Below the pieces are notes generated by a model. That model searched no databases. It was not told the DNA's origin and was given only the letters and a program-made list of their open reading frames with translations. Shown in pieces: positions 12,848 through 25,179 of a DNA stretch of 64,000 nucleotides. The stretch covers positions 23,002,001-23,066,000 of the forward strand of contig NC_043008.1 of the NCBI RefSeq assembly GCF_006345805.1. Reading direction: 5' to 3'. Origin of the DNA: Octopus sinensis (lineage: Eukaryota). The translations under genes and the position numbers were made by a program. Within the stretch, counting starts at the first letter, position 1. Every line of letters begins with the position of its first letter.

Positions 12848-13620
12848 ATTCTATTTCTTTATTGCCCATAAGGGGCTAAACATAGAGGGGACAAACAAGG
12901 ACGGACAAGAGGATTAAGCTAATTACGTCCACCCCAGTGCGCAACTGGTACTTAATTTATCAACCACGAAAGGATGAAAGTCGACCTCGGCGGAATTTGA
13001 ACTCAGAACGTAGCGGCAGACGAAATACCTATTTCTTTACTACCCACAAGGAGCTAAACACAGAAAGGACAAACAAGGACAGACAGACGGATTAAGTCGT
13101 TTATATCGACCCCAGTGCGTAACTGGTACTTATTTAATCAACCTCGAAAGGATGAAAGGCAAAGTCGAACTCGGCGGAATTTGAACTCAGAACGTAGCGG
13201 CAGACGAAATACCTATCTCTTTACTACCCACGAGGGGCTAAGCACAGAGAGGACAAACAAGGACAGACAAACGGATTAAGTCGATTACATCGACACCAGT
13301 GATTAACTGGTACTTATTTAATCGACCCCGAAAGGATGAAAGGCAAAGTCGACCTCGGCAGAATTTGAACTCAGAACGTAACGACAGACGAAATATCTAT
13401 TTCTTTACTACCCATGAGGGGCTATGCACAGAGCGGACAAACAAGGACAGACAAACGGAGTAAGTCGATTATATCGACCCCACTATGTAACTGGTACTTA
13501 AATTATCGACCCCGAAAGGATGAAAGGCAAAATCGACCTCGGCAGAATTTGAACTCAGAACATAAAGACAGACGAAATACCACTAAGCAATTCGCCTGGT
13601 GTGCTATCGTTTCTGCCAGC
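12848..13620 (-). mobile_element. SINE family A tetramer
   Basis: Four reverse-complement units of ~184 bp with the head at ~13575-13620. Confidence 0.9.
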
Positions 13621-13939
13621 TATTATATTATTTTATTCGAACTCAGAATAACTAAGGATAGCAAAGTATTTATCTAGTCTAACGTTCTACCAATTCCGTT
13701 ATAGAGCGCGTTGGTTTCATTAAGATAATGCCGTGGAGATCACGTTCATAGTATTGCCGAAGTGATATATGTTTAAGCGCAGGCATGGCTGTGTGTGTAA
13801 GAAGTTCGCTTTGCAACACCCAGGGTTTGAGTTTCGATCCTACCGTGTTGTGTCTTGGGCAAGTATTTTCTACTATAAGTGCGAGCAGATCAATGTTTTG
13901 TGAGTGAAATTAGCAGATGGAAACTGTGCATAATCATAA

Positions 13940-14230
13940 CGTATGTTTGTATGTATGTATGTATGTATGTATGTATGTATGTATGTATGTATGTATGTAC
14001 GTACGTACGTACGTACGTACGTATGTATGTATGTACGTATGTATGTATGTATATATGTATGTACGTACGCATGTATGTACGTATGTATGCAAGCATGCAT
14101 GCGTGTATGTATGTATGTATGTATGTATGTATGTATGTATGTATGATGTATGTATGTATGTATGTATGTATGTGTGTGTGTGTATGTATGTATGTATGTA
14201 TGTATATATGTACACATGTGTGAGTATGTA
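13940..14230. repeat. (GTAT)n microsatellite following a family-B SINE head
   Basis: Seen directly in the sequence. Confidence 0.9.
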
Positions 14231-14958
14231 TTAATTGTTTCTACTGTATAAGGCTTGAAGTCCAGCTGAGCTCTCTCCTATCAGCTGGTGGCTGGCGCCG
14301 AGAGATTGATAGAGCGTAAATACTGGGGCACTTGCTAAAAAACCCCGCACCTGTATTACCATTTTTCCGGGCTCAAAAGAGCCCAGGTTTTCCTGATGAC
14401 ACAAGTATCGTCTAGGGACCCACTTCTGATCTATGTATGCTGTGGCCTGCAGGCAGTAACTAGCTACAACAAAGCTCAGTGCATCTAGTTGCCCAGGGAC
14501 CTATAATGCTACTAAGACAGACATGGGAGACAGAAGGCAAGGTTTCAATCCTGAATGCAACATAATCGTTACAAATACCGCAAGGCATCTCCTCTGACGC
14601 TATAATATTCTGTCAAACAACGACTTTCAGCAGGTGCTTTATTATCGAACCCGAAATTATAACAGGCAAAGGGTGACATATACTGGATTAGAAATAAGAA
14701 CACCGAGGCAGTCTCTCAGACAGTGTAAATATCGAACCAATTTAGTGCTACAACATATCTGTATTAAATATGTTTCATATTAAATATGTTTAGTATTATA
14801 TAAGTTTTTCGAACCATTCTGGCAATATTGTTTTGTTTATTTTATTAAATCTAATCAAAACGTCCACTTTATTATTTTTTTTTATTCTGCTTTTCTTTAA
14901 TAAATTTTTTAGATTAATTTTCATCTCATGCAATGAATAAATTGTTCCACTCAATACG

Positions 14959-15080
<122 letters not shown>

Positions 15081-15081
15081 T

Positions 15082-15122
<41 letters not shown>

Positions 15123-15214
15123 ACATGTATATATATTACTATATATATATATACATGTAGATATATATATATATATATATACACATATAATATAATAATA
15201 ATATAATAAAATGT

Positions 15215-15254
<40 letters not shown>

Positions 15255-15380
15255 TATTACATATATATATATATACATGTAGATATATATATATATATAT
15301 ATACATAATATAAATATATAATATTATAATAAATGTATACATATATATATATATATATTATATATATATTACATATATAA

Positions 15381-15714
15381 GGGTAAAGACCCCCTTCGGT
15401 CATGAATGACCATGGGATTGCACTAGAAAGTTACCTTCCTAGATACAAGTCCGGGCAAGGTTGTTTATGGAAGACCAGCAGTCGCCCATGCATACCAGCC
15501 TCCCCTCTCCACGCCACCAGTGTTATCCAGGGAAAGACAAAGGTCGATACAGCTTGGCACCAGTGACGTCGCAACTCATTTCTACAGCTGAGTGAACTGG
15601 AGCAACGTGAAATAAAGTGCCTTGCTCAAGAACACAACACACACAGCCCGGTCCGGGATTCGAGCTCACAACCTCACGATCGTAAGCTCGACGCTCTAAC
15701 CACTGAGCCATGCG
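15381..15714 (-). mobile_element. SINE family D (MetaSINE-like)
   Basis: Minus-strand head CGCATGGCTCAGTGGTTAGAGCG...CTCGAATCCC, then GTGTTGTGTTCTTGAGCAAGGCACTTTATTTCACG; sister copy at 51.0 kb. Confidence 0.8.
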
Positions 15715-15766
15715 ATATCTATATATATATATATATGCATATATATATATAATATATATAATATAC

Positions 15767-15813
<47 letters not shown>

Positions 15814-15818
15814 ATGTA

Positions 15819-15868
<50 letters not shown>

Positions 15869-16627
15869 TATATATATATATATATTATATATATATGTAT
15901 GTATATCTTCCTGCCACGACACAGTAGTCTATCTTAGCTTTTAAACATTTATACCGAACGCTTTCGTAAATGTCTTGTTTACACAGACAATTACAACCGC
16001 CATAAACGCAAAAAGTAAATCATTTAGTCTGAGTGTATGTGTGTGTGTGTGTGTGTGTGTATGTGTGCGTATGTGTGTGTGTGAGTGTGTGTGCAAAAGC
16101 TTAGGCATCTTAGTCTCGGCGATATACTTGAAATTCTAGCATCACTGCATAGCTATCAAAACAACCTGTAGTTTCTGTCTTGATAGCGGTTGTGAAAGTC
16201 CGTCCAATACGTCCGCCATATTGAGAGACCAGTGCATAACAATAAAACAATATAATAACAAAGAAAAGAACCATATGATAATCATATAAAGACAATATAG
16301 CATCAATATAGCAATAGTATATAAATGATACTCCAACAATGATGTAACCATGCGTAAATATATAATAGCAATGTAACTGTAATATACTGAGAATAATAGA
16401 ACAATATAGAAATATAGTGATAATATAGATAAAATAAAACAATAAAGTATGAATATAAAAACAATATAGCAACAATGTAGAAACAATATAATAATGATAT
16501 AGCCACAATATACGATATATTAATATAACATCATTAATATAACGTAACATATGGAACAATAATATATATTAATAATATGGCGATAATATAACAAGAAAAT
16601 AGCAAGATCAGTATTGTAAAAATATAC

Positions 16628-17040
16628 TCATTTACTTGTTTCAGTCATTTGACTGCGACCATGCTGGAGCACTGCCTTTAATCGAGCAAACCGCCCCCAG
16701 GACTTATTCTTTGTAAGCCTAGTACTTATTGTATCGGTTTGTTTTGCCGAACCGTTAATGTTACGGGGACGTAAACACACCAGCATCGGTTGTCAAGTGA
16801 TGTTGGGGGGACAAACACAGACACACAAACATACACACACACACACACATATATATATACATACATACATACATATATATATGACGAGCTTCTTTCAGTT
16901 TCCGTCTACAGATCCACTCACAAGGCTTTGGTCGGCCCGAGGCTATAGTAGAAGACAATTGCCCAAGGTGCCACGCAGTGGAACTGAACCCGGAACCATG
17001 TGTTTCATAAGCAAGCTACTTACCACACAGCCACTCCTAC
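16628..17040 (-). mobile_element. SINE family B
   Basis: Full-length reverse-complement copy with an internal (CA)/(TA) tract. Confidence 0.9.
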
Positions 17041-17541
17041 ATATAAAAAAAAATTCGAAACAAAAGAAAAAACAAGAGAAATAAAAGAGAATTAACTGCC
17101 AAATAAAAACCATTAAAGGGAAAAACTAAGGATTGAACCAGGGAGATCTCAATCTAAAATAAGTTACATCAAGAAACGAAACAAAAAATGCTACTTGAAG
17201 ATTTGAAAAAAAGACAAGATCTTATTTCTCAACAAGATCCTATCTCGTGCCTCGACTTGTAACGGCAACAGAATTAATTCAAAACGGCATGAGGATAAAA
17301 TGAACGGATAAACAAATACGAAAATGAAGTAACAGTATGGGCGCAACTGTGTGCGTGTGTTTTTATCTGTCTGTGAAGAAAAGCCTGAGAACCAAGATTC
17401 CCATCTGCGTAAAAACACAAGGTTGCTGAACTTAGTTACAGTCGCTGGAGGCAGCCATAAAACCTTCTTCTTGTGAAACACTTTGATCGACAACGTTTCA
17501 ATTGATCTCTATATGTCGATTAACTATAGCAAACGCGTGAC

Positions 17542-17577
<36 letters not shown>

Positions 17578-17643
17578 TCACACACACACACACATATACA
17601 TATATATACACATACAAACATATACACCTATATATTATTATTA

Positions 17644-17710
<67 letters not shown>

Positions 17711-17715
17711 CACTA

Positions 17716-17758
<43 letters not shown>

Positions 17759-17772
17759 CCTTATCCTTATCC

Positions 17773-17812
<40 letters not shown>

Positions 17813-18130
17813 ATCCAAGGAAAAAACAATTTCCTTCAAAGGGATGGAAAACATCCAATTTTCGCTGGTTCTTCAGATAAATACCACAATATAGTAGAGG
17901 AAAAAAAATCAGGACTTAAAATGGTATAATTTCAATAAATAAGTATTAAAGGATACAGAGAAATAAAATTGACATATTACAAATTTATTAACATTATAAT
18001 ATAATGTAATTATATTATAAAAAGATATGAATATAATATAAAATAATATTACAAATAAATAAACAAATATATATCCTTCAATTTGTTTCGATTAGTATCC
18101 ACTAGTGAATTTATAAAAAATTCACATTAT

Positions 18131-18294
18131 AGGCGCAGGAGTGACTGTGTGGTAAGTAGTTTGCTTATCAACAACATGGTTCCGGGTTCAGTTCCACTGC
18201 ATGGCACCTTGGGCTAGTGTCTTCTACTATAGCCTCGGGCTGACCAAAGCCTTGTGAGTGGATTTGGTTGACGGAAACTGAAAGAAACCCATCG

Positions 18295-18327
<33 letters not shown>

Positions 18328-18415
18328 GTGTGTAAGTGTTTGTCCTCCAACATCGCTTGACAACTGATGCTGGTGTGTTTACGTCCCCGTAACTTCGCGG
18401 TTCGGCAAAAGAGAA
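18131..18415 (+). mobile_element. SINE family B, 5' part
   Basis: AGGCGCAGGAGTGACTGTGTGGTAAG head; ends at an (ATA)n tract. Confidence 0.85.
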
Positions 18416-18416
18416 A

Positions 18417-18460
<44 letters not shown>

Positions 18461-18483
18461 TGATGATGATGATGATGATGAAG

Positions 18484-18536
<53 letters not shown>

Positions 18537-18554
18537 TGATGATGATGATAACAA

Positions 18555-18818
18555 AAGGGGCTGATTGCTATGTAGCTCAAATACCAGGAGACACCGAAAT
18601 GGCAGAAATTCAAAAGATAGTGCTCATGGGAACTGCCCATATCCTACATAAAATACCGTCCATGTAATCTCAAATTTTAAAACAAACACATAATTTTCTT
18701 ATATTTTCTTATACATTCTCGAGAACAATACTATGTACAAAACCAAATAGATGTCACCCTAGATATAACATGAACTTCTTGGATCCAACTTGTACAAATA
18801 CAAAGCAAAAGTCAAACA

Positions 18819-18820
<2 letters not shown>
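18555..18820 (+). mobile_element. 3' end of an RLE-type LINE (R4/Dong-like) in (TAA)n
   Basis: Translates AQIPGDTEMAEIQKIVLMGTAHILHKIPSM* (stop at 18665-18667), like the LQK..LLGTA.ILR C-terminus; flanked by (TAA)n. Confidence 0.7.
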
Positions 18821-18849
<29 letters not shown>

Positions 18850-18869
18850 TAATAATAATAATTATAATT

Positions 18870-19265
18870 GTTTCAAATTTTGGCACAAGGCCAATAATTT
18901 CGGGGGAAGGAGTAAGTCGATTACATCGACATCCAGTATTCAACTGGTACTTAGTTTATCGACCCTGAAAGGATGAAAGGCAAAGTCGACCTCGGCGGAA
19001 TTTGAACTCAGAACGTGGTGACGGCCGAAATACCTATTTCTTTACTACCCACAAGGAGCTAAACACAGAGAAGACAAACAAGGACAGACAAACGGATTAA
19101 GTCGATTATATTGACCCCAGTGCGTAACTGGTACTTATTTAATCGACTCCGAAATAATGAAAGGCAAAGACGACCTCAGCGGAATTTGAACTCAGAACGT
19201 AGCGGCAGACGAAATACCACAAAGCATTTCACCCGGCTTGCTAACGATTCTGCCAGCTCACCGCT
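18870..19265 (-). mobile_element. SINE family A dimer
   Basis: Two reverse-complement bodies with the head at ~19220-19265. Confidence 0.85.
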
Positions 19266-19913
19266 GTCTTAATAATAAGATAATCAATGTCACACTGTTG
19301 TAAGATGATTAAATTGCTTGCCAGAATAGATATTTTTCTTAAATGTTTTGGTATAGCAAAAAAAAAAAAGAAAAAAGAAGTCCTGTGGATAGTTTTGCTT
19401 CATTCCTTTGTCAATAGCATGTGATAATTCACCCGCAAACTTTCTTTTAACGGCAGTTAAACATCCTAAGGTAATTTATTTATATTTTAGACTCGACTAT
19501 GCATTTTACAAATACAATATATCAACTGTCTTTAAAGCCCACTTGTATAACAACATAATATCATAAAAAATAAAAGAATAAATACATTTTACTTTTTCTC
19601 CCTCAAAGGTGCGCATAAGAGTCAATAGCTTGATCTTTTGTGATCAGAAATATGTATCAATAGATGATTAGCTGCATTCACCTTTTCTTATATAATCTGC
19701 TATTTGTTGCCGCCACGTTGGTGAATTAAAAAAATATTAGACTTAATGCGATTTGTCTAGAAACAACGAGACGTCATACAACAACGTCATATTTGATGGA
19801 GCGACCCGGGAATAGATAGAACAATATATTATCTACTCAGCCATATTGACTCTACATAACGATGATGATAAAAGTACGATGAAGATAAAAAATGTATTAA
19901 ATATTGTTGAATC

Positions 19914-19992
19914 AGAGGATAACCAGTGTCGCGGCAAAAGAAAAAATCATCTCAATTTGAAGTCGAATGCTTTATCATTGAACTATTTCCCC
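19914..19992 (-). pseudogene. tRNA-Cys-derived pseudogene, anticodon now TCA
   Basis: Minus strand GGGGAAATAGTTCAATGATAAAGCATTCGACTTCAAATTGAGATG aligns to the tRNA-Cys 5' half; T-arm destroyed; lies in the shared flank unit. Confidence 0.65.
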
Positions 19993-20356
19993 CACAAGTT
20001 ATTCTCATTAATCGTTTCTAATTTGAACTAAAGAAGACTTCATTTATAGAAGAACATTTCACATAAACACGATTCCAGTTTCCGGGTTAAACAAAACATT
20101 TGTGACACCGCCATACAGGGAACCACTTTTACAAAAGAGCCATTGATTACCAGAAGGCACCGAAGGATAGGTTATCCGAAGGATAGAAAATGTCCGCTGT
20201 TTCTATTTTATTTATGTTATCGACCTCGGGTGTATGATAAGCGAAAATGACCACAAGATTTGAACTCATAACGTAAAGCGGAGTACGGAAATACTATAAA
20301 ACAGTTTGTTCGTTGTAGCATTCTAACACACCTATGAATAATATGGGATAATGATA

Positions 20357-20636
20357 CAGTAACCTCTCGACTGTCGCGGGTGTTACGTTCCAAAACCCTC
20401 CGCAATAGGCGAAAATCTGCGAAGTAGAAACAGTACTGTACTGTATACCTTTTAAAAATCATTTTTATAATTTGTATATATTTATTTTATTATAAATGCA
20501 AAACAGCACCACAGAGGAATCGACATAAGCTTAAATAATAAACTACAATAAGTGAACCGCGTTAGGTGAACCGCGTTAGATGAATCACGTTAGGTGAACC
20601 GCGTTAGGTGAACCGCGATATGGTGAGGGATTACTG
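20357..20636. mobile_element. Tigger/pogo-like MITE
   Basis: TA TSDs; TIRs CAGTAACCTCTCGACTGTCGCGG and CCGCGATATGGTGAGGGATTACTG; internal 15-bp repeats GTGAACCGCGTTAGG. Confidence 0.8.
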
Positions 20637-21430
20637 TATATAGATAAAAAACAGATGTAGTACGCGACCGCTCGCATATAGTCAGATTGTTTGATTCTTT
20701 TATTCTTTCAATGGGTTCAGTCATTGGTTTACGGCCATGCTGGAGTACCGACTTGAGGGTTTTAGTCGATCAAACCGATCCCAGTTCAGATTATAAGTCT
20801 GGTGTTTATTCTATCGGGCGCTTTTTGTCGAACCGATAGTTTACGGAGATGTACACAAACCAATACCGGTTGTCAAGTGGAGGGAGACAAACACTCACAC
20901 ACATACACACACACATATGTATTTATGACCGGCTTCTGTATAGTTTCCGCCTATCGATTTCACTCTCAAGGCATAAGTCGACACTTGCTGTATTGAAAAA
21001 AACACCTGTACAAATACCTCGCAATGGGACCGAATACGAAACTAGATGATTCCGTAGCTAGCTTCTTAACCATATGCTACGCCTATACACATACACGTCT
21101 ATACATACATACATACATACATACATACATACATACATACATACATACATACATACATACACACAAGTATATCTATATATATATACTATATATGCTATAC
21201 ATACATATATATATATCTACTATATATATACGCACAAATATATAATATATATATATATATATACTATATATACATGCATATATATATATACTATATATAT
21301 ATACTACATATACATATATATATACTATATATACATATATATATATATACACTATATATACTACTCACACACACATATATGCTTTTATTCTTTTACATGT
21401 TTCAGCGCTAAGTGTACTACGGTGCATCGG

Positions 21431-21481
<51 letters not shown>

Positions 21482-22187
21482 CAATTTAAATGATATATCT
21501 ATATCAACCTATGTATACACCTATGAATCTATGTATATATCTACCTACGTATCCGTCATTCTATCTATAATACAAATCTAAGATGTTTTTTTTTACAAAA
21601 TATTGAAGAAATATTCGAAATATTTCTCCAATATTTTGTAAAAGTAAAATGCAATTTGGATTTGCTTGTGTCGCTTTGTTCGCAATAAGATCTAGTAAAT
21701 CAATCACAAATTTCTTTTTATTTTTAGTTAGACACCCTCTGATAATTCATTTCATTTTTAGTGGAGAATATGAAGAAATCTTAGCACGTTAAAGGTGTCA
21801 GCTGTCTTTAAATTCGAAATGTGTAACACTGTAATACCGAAACAATAAAATGGTGAAACAATAAAATAAGTGAAACATTTGTTTCACACAGAAAACCTCA
21901 ATAATTAAGAGACAGCAGATTGTTTCGTTTTGACTAGAGTTATGTATCAATACTTGCTACCCTATATATTTTGCGACTTGCTAGCGATAAGTAGGTGAAT
22001 TTAAACAACCGTTTATTTAACGTGTTGTGTTTTAAAATAACGATAGAACATTTTCATATTTGAAAATGTGGCTTTGGTTTCAGTCTCACCGTGTGGCACC
22101 TTGGAACAAATGTTTTCTGTTATAGCCCCTGGGTCTACCAAAACCTTGTGAGTGGATTTGGTAGATGGAAACTGAAAGAAGCCCGTC

Positions 22188-22239
<52 letters not shown>

Positions 22240-22258
22240 TATATTATTATATAGAAGG

Positions 22259-22309
22259 AGCTTCTACAGGACTAGAACTGTTTCATTCAAGAGAAATCTT
22301 CAGGAAGCT
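22259..22309 (-). ncRNA. Type I hammerhead ribozyme motif
   Basis: Exact reverse complement of 23539-23589. Confidence 0.7.
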
Positions 22310-23179
22310 AGTTAACAAGAATTGTATTGGCATTTATACATTTAGGCAGGTTTAAAGGGGTGGTGGTGGGGGACTTTTTGGGGGTAGGCATAGCGCAAAA
22401 ATATCATACTTGGGGGAGTGGTCAAGGAGTCAGTGGTAAATTAGATAAAAGAATAAATAAAAGAATAAAAAATATATAGAAGAATAGAGTTTTAGGTAAA
22501 TAAGGAGATTCTCACTTATACCTATACACATATGTATACATATATACACACACACACACACATATACATACACACATGCATACACACACACACATATATA
22601 CATACACACATATATACATACATATATCTACATATACATATATATATATATATATATACATATATACACACACATATGCACATACACACACACACACATG
22701 TATATATACACACACGACCACACATACATATACACACAAAAAATATATACATACACACACATACACATACACACATACACACACATATCCACATACACAC
22801 ATGCACACACAACACACAAGTCCCTATATACACATATATACATATACACATATATATATATATACACATATATATATATATACACATATGTGTACCTATA
22901 CATACCTACACGTACACACATATACATACAGATAAAAACCCATTCCATAATTTTAATTTTATTATCTTCATTTATTACTTTTGTTATCTTTGACCGCTGG
23001 TCACAAGCATCTTGGCTACGACAGCAAGTCCATTTATCTTTCTACTTGAACACAAGCACTCACTCACGCACGCACACTCATTAGCACGCACACTCATTAG
23101 CACGCACACTCACTCATTCGTACACTCATACACATACACGCACGTACGCCTTATATTCATACATACATACATGTGTGTA

Positions 23180-23218
<39 letters not shown>

Positions 23219-23538
23219 GTAGATATATGTATGTATATATGTGTGTATGTATATATGTGTGTGTGTGTATGCATGTGTGTATGTATATGTGTGTGTGTGT
23301 ATATATATGTATACATATGTGTATAGGTATAAGTGAGAATCTCCTTATTTACCTAAAACTCTATTCTTCTACATATTTTTTATTCTTTTATTTATTCTTT
23401 TATCTAATTTACCACTGACTCCTTGACCACTCCCCCAAGTATGATATTTTTGCACTATGCCTACCCCCAAAAAGTCCCCCACCACCACCCCTTTAAACCT
23501 GCCTAAATGTATAAATGCCAATACAATTCTTGTTAACT

Positions 23539-23589
23539 AGCTTCCTGAAGATTTCTCTTGAATGAAACAGTTCTAGTCCTGTAGAAGCT
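23539..23589 (+). ncRNA. Type I hammerhead ribozyme motif, predicted GUA cleavage after 23583
   Basis: Helix I AGCTTC/GAAGCT; core CTGAAGA; helix II (T)TTC-TCTT-GAA(T); GAA; helix III ACAG-TTCTAGTC-CTGT; H17=A. Confidence 0.75.
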
Positions 23590-23690
23590 CCTTCTATATA
23601 ATAAATTAATTTTACTCTGCTATGTATTGAGTACCGTATTTACTGTGGTTAACCCCGAATCAACCCGGGACCTACATATATATATATATT

Positions 23691-23769
<79 letters not shown>

Positions 23770-24227
23770 TTTCTAATGCCAAAATATGCCGAAAATAGAC
23801 ACAACGTCAATAACCATGTAATTTATCACTTATAAATTGTTTATAAATGTAACCTTTAAAGGTATTTTTTAATATGCTGGCCATTGATGGAAATTTTTCG
23901 AAAAATTTTATCGTACATTATATATATCTGTGTGTTTGTTTGTGTTTGTCCCACCCCACCACCACATGATAACACGTGTTGGTTTGTTTACGCCCTAATA
24001 ACTTAGCAGTTCGACAAAGAACCCCGATTGAATAAGTACCAGGCTTTCAAAAAAGTCAGGGGGTCGATTTGTTGGACTAAATCCTTCAAGGTGGTGTCCC
24101 TGTACAAAGTTGCAATAATCTGCTATTTGGTATGGACAGATCGGTGTATTAAACAACCCAACGACCGAAATAAAAGAAGATAAAAAGAAGGTATGATACA
24201 TTTCGCTATCATGACATATAAGGTATG

Positions 24228-24373
24228 ATGTACATTATTTACATTATTTACATTCGACGGATATTTGTCCTCATCTTGTTTGTTGTTAACACACCGTTTC
24301 GGCTGATATACCCTCCAGCCTTCTTCAGGTGTCTTGGGGAAATTTTGAACCGGGGTTCTCATTCCTAAGGTAT
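24228..24373 (-). mobile_element. Penelope-type terminal repeat with mutated minimal HHR (24288-24333)
   Basis: Reverse complement of 25003-25150; reads GAAACGGT instead of GAAACGTT. Confidence 0.75.
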
Positions 24374-24381
24374 TCTTCGAA

Positions 24382-24443
<62 letters not shown>

Positions 24444-24444
<1 letters not shown>

Positions 24445-24862
24445 TCTTTACTCTTTACTCTTTTACTTGTTTCAGTCATTTGACTGCGGCCATGCTGGAG
24501 CACCGCCTTTAGTCGAGCAAATCGACCCCGAGACTTATTTTTTGTAAGCCCAGTACTTATTATATCGGTCTCTTTTGCCGAACCGCTAAGTAACGGGGAC
24601 GTAAACACACACCAGCATCGGTTGTCAACCAATGCTCGGGGACAAACACAGACACACAAACACACACACACATACATTTATATATATATATATATATACG
24701 ACAGGCTTCTTTCAGTTTCCGTCTACCAAATCCACTCACAAGGCATTGGTCGGCCCGGGGCTATAGCAGAAGACACTTGCCCAAGATGCCACGCAGTGGG
24801 ATTGAACCCAGAACCATGTGGTTGGTTAGCAAGCTACTTACCACACAGCCACTCCTGCGCCT
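24444..24862 (-). mobile_element. SINE family B inserted in a (TTA)n tract
   Basis: Full-length copy with (TTA)n on both sides. Confidence 0.9.
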
Positions 24863-24875
24863 ATTATTATTATTA

Positions 24876-24918
<43 letters not shown>

Positions 24919-24923
24919 GTTCA

Positions 24924-24996
24924 GGTCACTGCTTGGAATCGAACTCGGAATCTTGGGGTTAGTAGCTGGCGCTCTTAACCACTACGCCACATGCCC
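24924..24996 (-). promoter_or_regulatory. tRNA-derived Pol III head (A and B boxes)
   Basis: Minus strand GGGCATGTGGCGTAGTGGTTAAGAGCGCCAGCTACTAACCCCAAGATTCCGAGTTCGATTCC; A-box TGGCGTAGTGG, B-box GTTCGATTC; followed by (AAT)n. Confidence 0.8.
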
Positions 24997-25002
24997 GTGG
25001 GC

Positions 25003-25179
25003 ATACCTTAGGAATGAGAACCCAGGTTCGAAATTTCCCCAAGACACCTGAAGAAGGCTGGAGGGTATATCAGCCGAAACGTTGTGTTAATAACAAACAA
25101 GAGGGGGGCAAATATCCGTCGAATGTAAATAATGTAAATAATGTACATAATTCCTCATCTCTTAAATATAGAACTGTAA
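25003..25179 (+). mobile_element. Penelope-type terminal repeat
   Basis: ATACCTTAGGAATGAGAACC...AATGTAAATAATGTAAATAATGTACAT...TAGAACTGTA, containing an HHR core. Confidence 0.75.
25043..25088 (+). ncRNA. Minimal type I hammerhead ribozyme (PLE-type)
   Basis: Helix I GACAC/GTGTT; CTGAAGA plus extra A; helix II GGCTG/CAGCC; GAA; palindromic helix III ACGT; H17=U. Confidence 0.75.

Larger units (their letters stand above)
22244..23604. repeat. ~430-bp near-perfect inverted repeat with ~495-bp spacer
   Basis: Arms 22244-22675 and 23171-23604; only isolated mismatches seen. Confidence 0.95.
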
